Source of the DNA: a virus
IMG/VR virus record: IMGVR_UViG_3300045988_160201
DNA: 62,291 nt
Strand: one strand, 5' to 3'
The notes beneath the pieces are model-generated. The model saw only the letters and a list, made by a program, of their open reading frames with translations. It ran no database searches and had not been told where the DNA came from. Made by a program: the position numbers and the translations under genes. Shown piece after piece: positions 60,987-62,291 of the stretch (position 1 is the stretch's first letter; each line of letters starts with the position of its first letter).

Positions 60987-61343
60987 ATGGGTAAAGTAAA
61001 AATCTATATAAGTGGACCGATAGCGCATTATGATCTTCATGAGCGGAAGCATGCTTTTCTCATGGCGAAAGAAAGACTTGAATCACAAGGTTATGATCCT
61101 GTGAATCCTTTCGATAACGGTGTTCCTGATAATGCGCATTGGAGAGAGCATATGAGAGCCGATATCGCGATGTTGCTGAAATGTGACGCTATTTTCATGC
61201 TTCCCGGATGGGAACTGTCTAAGGGATGCAAGCTTGAACTTGATGTGGCTTCAAGCTGTGGTATAGCCGTTATTATCGAACCTGTTCACCCCTGTGACTA
61301 TGACGTTAAAAAGAGTGGAGCCGAAACGTGTGTACTGCCGTAA
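60987..61343 (+). CDS. DUF4406 / nucleoside 2-deoxyribosyltransferase-like protein
   Basis: KIYISGPI...NPFDN...HWREHMRADIAMLLKCDAIFMLPGWELSKGCKLE fits the DUF4406 pattern. Confidence 0.65.
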   Translation: MGKVKIYISGPIAHYDLHERKHAFLMAKERLESQGYDPVNPFDNGVPDNAHWREHMRADIAMLLKCDAIFMLPGWELSKGCKLELDVASSCGIAVIIEPVHPCDYDVKKSGAETCVLP

Positions 61344-61461
61344 TTGTGCCAATAGTTCGGACCATCGTGGCAATTCATGTTTCTGTAGTGCGAAGGGGCA
61401 CCGCGAATGCGCCTGTAACAAGTACGGACAGATATGTAAGTTCTACAAAAAGATCATATAG
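61300..61461 (+). CDS. Cys-rich micro-ORF (53 aa)
   Basis: MTLKRVEPKRVYCRNCANSSDHRGNSCFCSAKGHRECACNKYGQICKFYKKII. It overlaps the previous gene by 44 nt. It looks more protein-like than the listed 61328..61528 frame. Confidence 0.35.
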   Translation: MTLKRVEPKRVYCRNCANSSDHRGNSCFCSAKGHRECACNKYGQICKFYKKII

Positions 61462-61481
61462 AAACTCTAATAATATGGTTT

Positions 61482-61682
61482 ATGGCAACAAGAAACAGAT
61501 TATACAAGCTTCACTATTTGCTTCGTAAAAAAGGCAATGAGGTGAATGTTAAAGATAGGACAGTATACCGGAGAGCCAAGCTCCTTCCTGCCATAGAGGA
61601 GAAATGGATGAAGGAACTGATAGAAAATGGATATATGGTGGGGAACAACCTGTTTGCCCCCCTCTCCAATAATAACTCTTAA
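61482..61682 (+). CDS. Hypothetical protein (66 aa)
   Basis: ATG-started ORF in a co-directional string. Confidence 0.45.
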   Translation: MATRNRLYKLHYLLRKKGNEVNVKDRTVYRRAKLLPAIEEKWMKELIENGYMVGNNLFAPLSNNNS

Positions 61683-61693
61683 ACTTAATAGAA

Positions 61694-61819
61694 ATGGCAA
61701 CACATGGAATGACAATAGCAAAAGCATCTAAGGATGATTTTGAGAAAGTGTATAATCTGCTTTCTCCGATGGAGGAACTCTTCAACAGCAAATGGTGTAA
61801 TGAAGAAGAAATGTTATGA
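61694..61819 (+). CDS. Micro-ORF (41 aa)
   Basis: MATHGMTIAKASKDDFEKVYNLLSPMEELFNSKWCNEEEML. It fills the gap before 61845. Confidence 0.3.
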   Translation: MATHGMTIAKASKDDFEKVYNLLSPMEELFNSKWCNEEEML

Positions 61820-61844
61820 TTTAAAACGAAAAATAAACAATATC

Positions 61845-62291
61845 ATGGAACAGAAAATAAAGGCTTATAAAGCATTTGATAAGGATTTATCTTGTAGAGG
61901 ATTTAAGTATGAGGTAGGTAAGGAGTATGAAGAAACAGGCGACATAAAGGCATGTGAAAAAGGTTTTCATGCATGTCCTTATCCTCTGGATGTTTTTGGT
62001 TACTATGCGCCAGCCGGGTCAAGGTTTTGTGAGGTTGAGCAGAGTGGTAAAATAGACGATTCAGAAAGTGACAAGGTTTGTTCTTCAAAAATTAGAATAG
62101 GTGCTGAGCTTGATATAAGGGGGCTTGTGAAAGCAGCTGTATCTTATGTCAAGGAACGGTGTACTAACGAGTGTAATGCGGAACCGGGAAAACCTGCCAC
62201 GGCTGGTGATTATGGTGCTGCCACGGCTGGTTATAAAGGTGCTGCCACGGCTGGTGATTATGGTGCTGCCACGGCTGGTGATAGTGGTGCT
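61845..62291 (+). CDS. Octapeptide-repeat protein, N-terminal part (continues into 3..545)
   Basis: MEQKIKAYKAFDKDLSCRGFKYEVGKEYEETGDIKACEKGFHACPYPLDVFGYYAPAGSRFCEV..., then GKPATAGDYGAATAGYKGAATAG... There is no stop before the window end. This N-domain plus repeat layout recurs in uncharacterised phage/prophage proteins as I recall (DUF7666-like). Confidence 0.8.
   Translation, partial: MEQKIKAYKAFDKDLSCRGFKYEVGKEYEETGDIKACEKGFHACPYPLDVFGYYAPAGSRFCEVEQSGKIDDSESDKVCSSKIRIGAELDIRGLVKAAVSYVKERCTNECNAEPGKPATAGDYGAATAGYKGAATAGDYGAATAGDSGA
62190..62291 (+). repeat. Start of the 24-bp tandem array (units at 62190, 62214, 62238, 62262)
   Basis: Same unit as 3..338. The segment 62236-62291 duplicates 1-56. 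Confidence 0.95.

Larger units (their letters stand above)
1..62291. mobile_element. Complete temperate tailed-phage genome, circularly closed contig (unit 62,235 bp)
   Basis: Bases 1-56 are identical to 62236-62291. The window holds terL, portal, capsid, lysis, fibre, integrase/attP and repressor modules. No flanking host genes are present. Confidence 0.8.

Noticed and set aside
61328-61528. Listed 66-aa ORF MCTAVIVPIVRTIVAIHV...
   Set aside because: It has a non-ATG start and a hydrophobic, low-information translation. The alternative frame (61300..61461) gives a Cys-rich, protein-like product, although that ORF is also unproven.
1-62291. Stop-codon reassignment (TAG or TGA recoding as in some gut phages)
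   Set aside because: Standard-code translation gives intact long ORFs, including a 4,282-aa one and all hallmark genes, with compact gene spacing. No gene appears fragmented by a recurrent in-frame stop.

Overview
The window is a complete, circularly closed genome of a temperate tailed phage. Bases 1-56 equal 62236-62291, giving a unit length of 62,235 bp. The host is probably a Bacteroidota-type bacterium. The evidence is TAnnTTTG -7 boxes 14-30 nt upstream of operon-first ATGs, weak Shine-Dalgarno sequences, a Bacteroidetes-style tyrosine integrase next to an attP carrying the 3' half of tRNA-Arg(UCU), and DUF3127/DUF6291-like genes.

Calls supported by motifs:
- Packaging and virion: TerL, portal, scaffold plus capsid, and connector-like genes.
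- Lysis cassette: candidate holin, GH108 endolysin and a u-spanin candidate.
- Two beta-helix receptor-binding fibres.
- Lysogeny module: integrase, CI-like repressor, Cro-like HTH and a Rha/KilAC antirepressor.
- Replication module: DUF6291-like organiser with internal iterons, a DnaC-like loader, VRR-NUC and a DUF3127 OB-fold protein.
- An AT-rich lysogenic-conversion island with a lipoprotein and an acyltransferase-3.

Gene order is unusually scrambled, with at least 10 strand switches. Each switch is framed by palindromic terminators and -7 boxes.

Most interesting candidates:
1. A 4,282-aa polyvalent protein (36921..49769, minus strand). It has motif-level matches to pyrophosphatase-like, ADP-ribosyltransferase-like, nuclease-like and two zincin-like segments.
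2. A self-contained promoter-to-terminator cassette (36063..36912) encoding a 2-TM protein, two paralogous 34-aa membrane peptides and an acidic 92-aa protein.
3. A 123-bp near-perfect direct repeat carrying a 39-aa micro-ORF that brackets the 17.3-kb morphogenesis block.
4. A mini-rhomboid-like membrane protein overlapping the terL start.
5. Two structured RNA/operator regions: a double-terminator leader upstream of the antirepressor, and GCGGTCC repeats around a small HTH gene.
6. A 24-bp coding tandem array, (GAATAGDx)n, that spans the contig junction.

I saw no rRNA, full tRNA, CRISPR array, reverse transcriptase or transposase. All homology statements are motif-level recollection and were not checked against any database.
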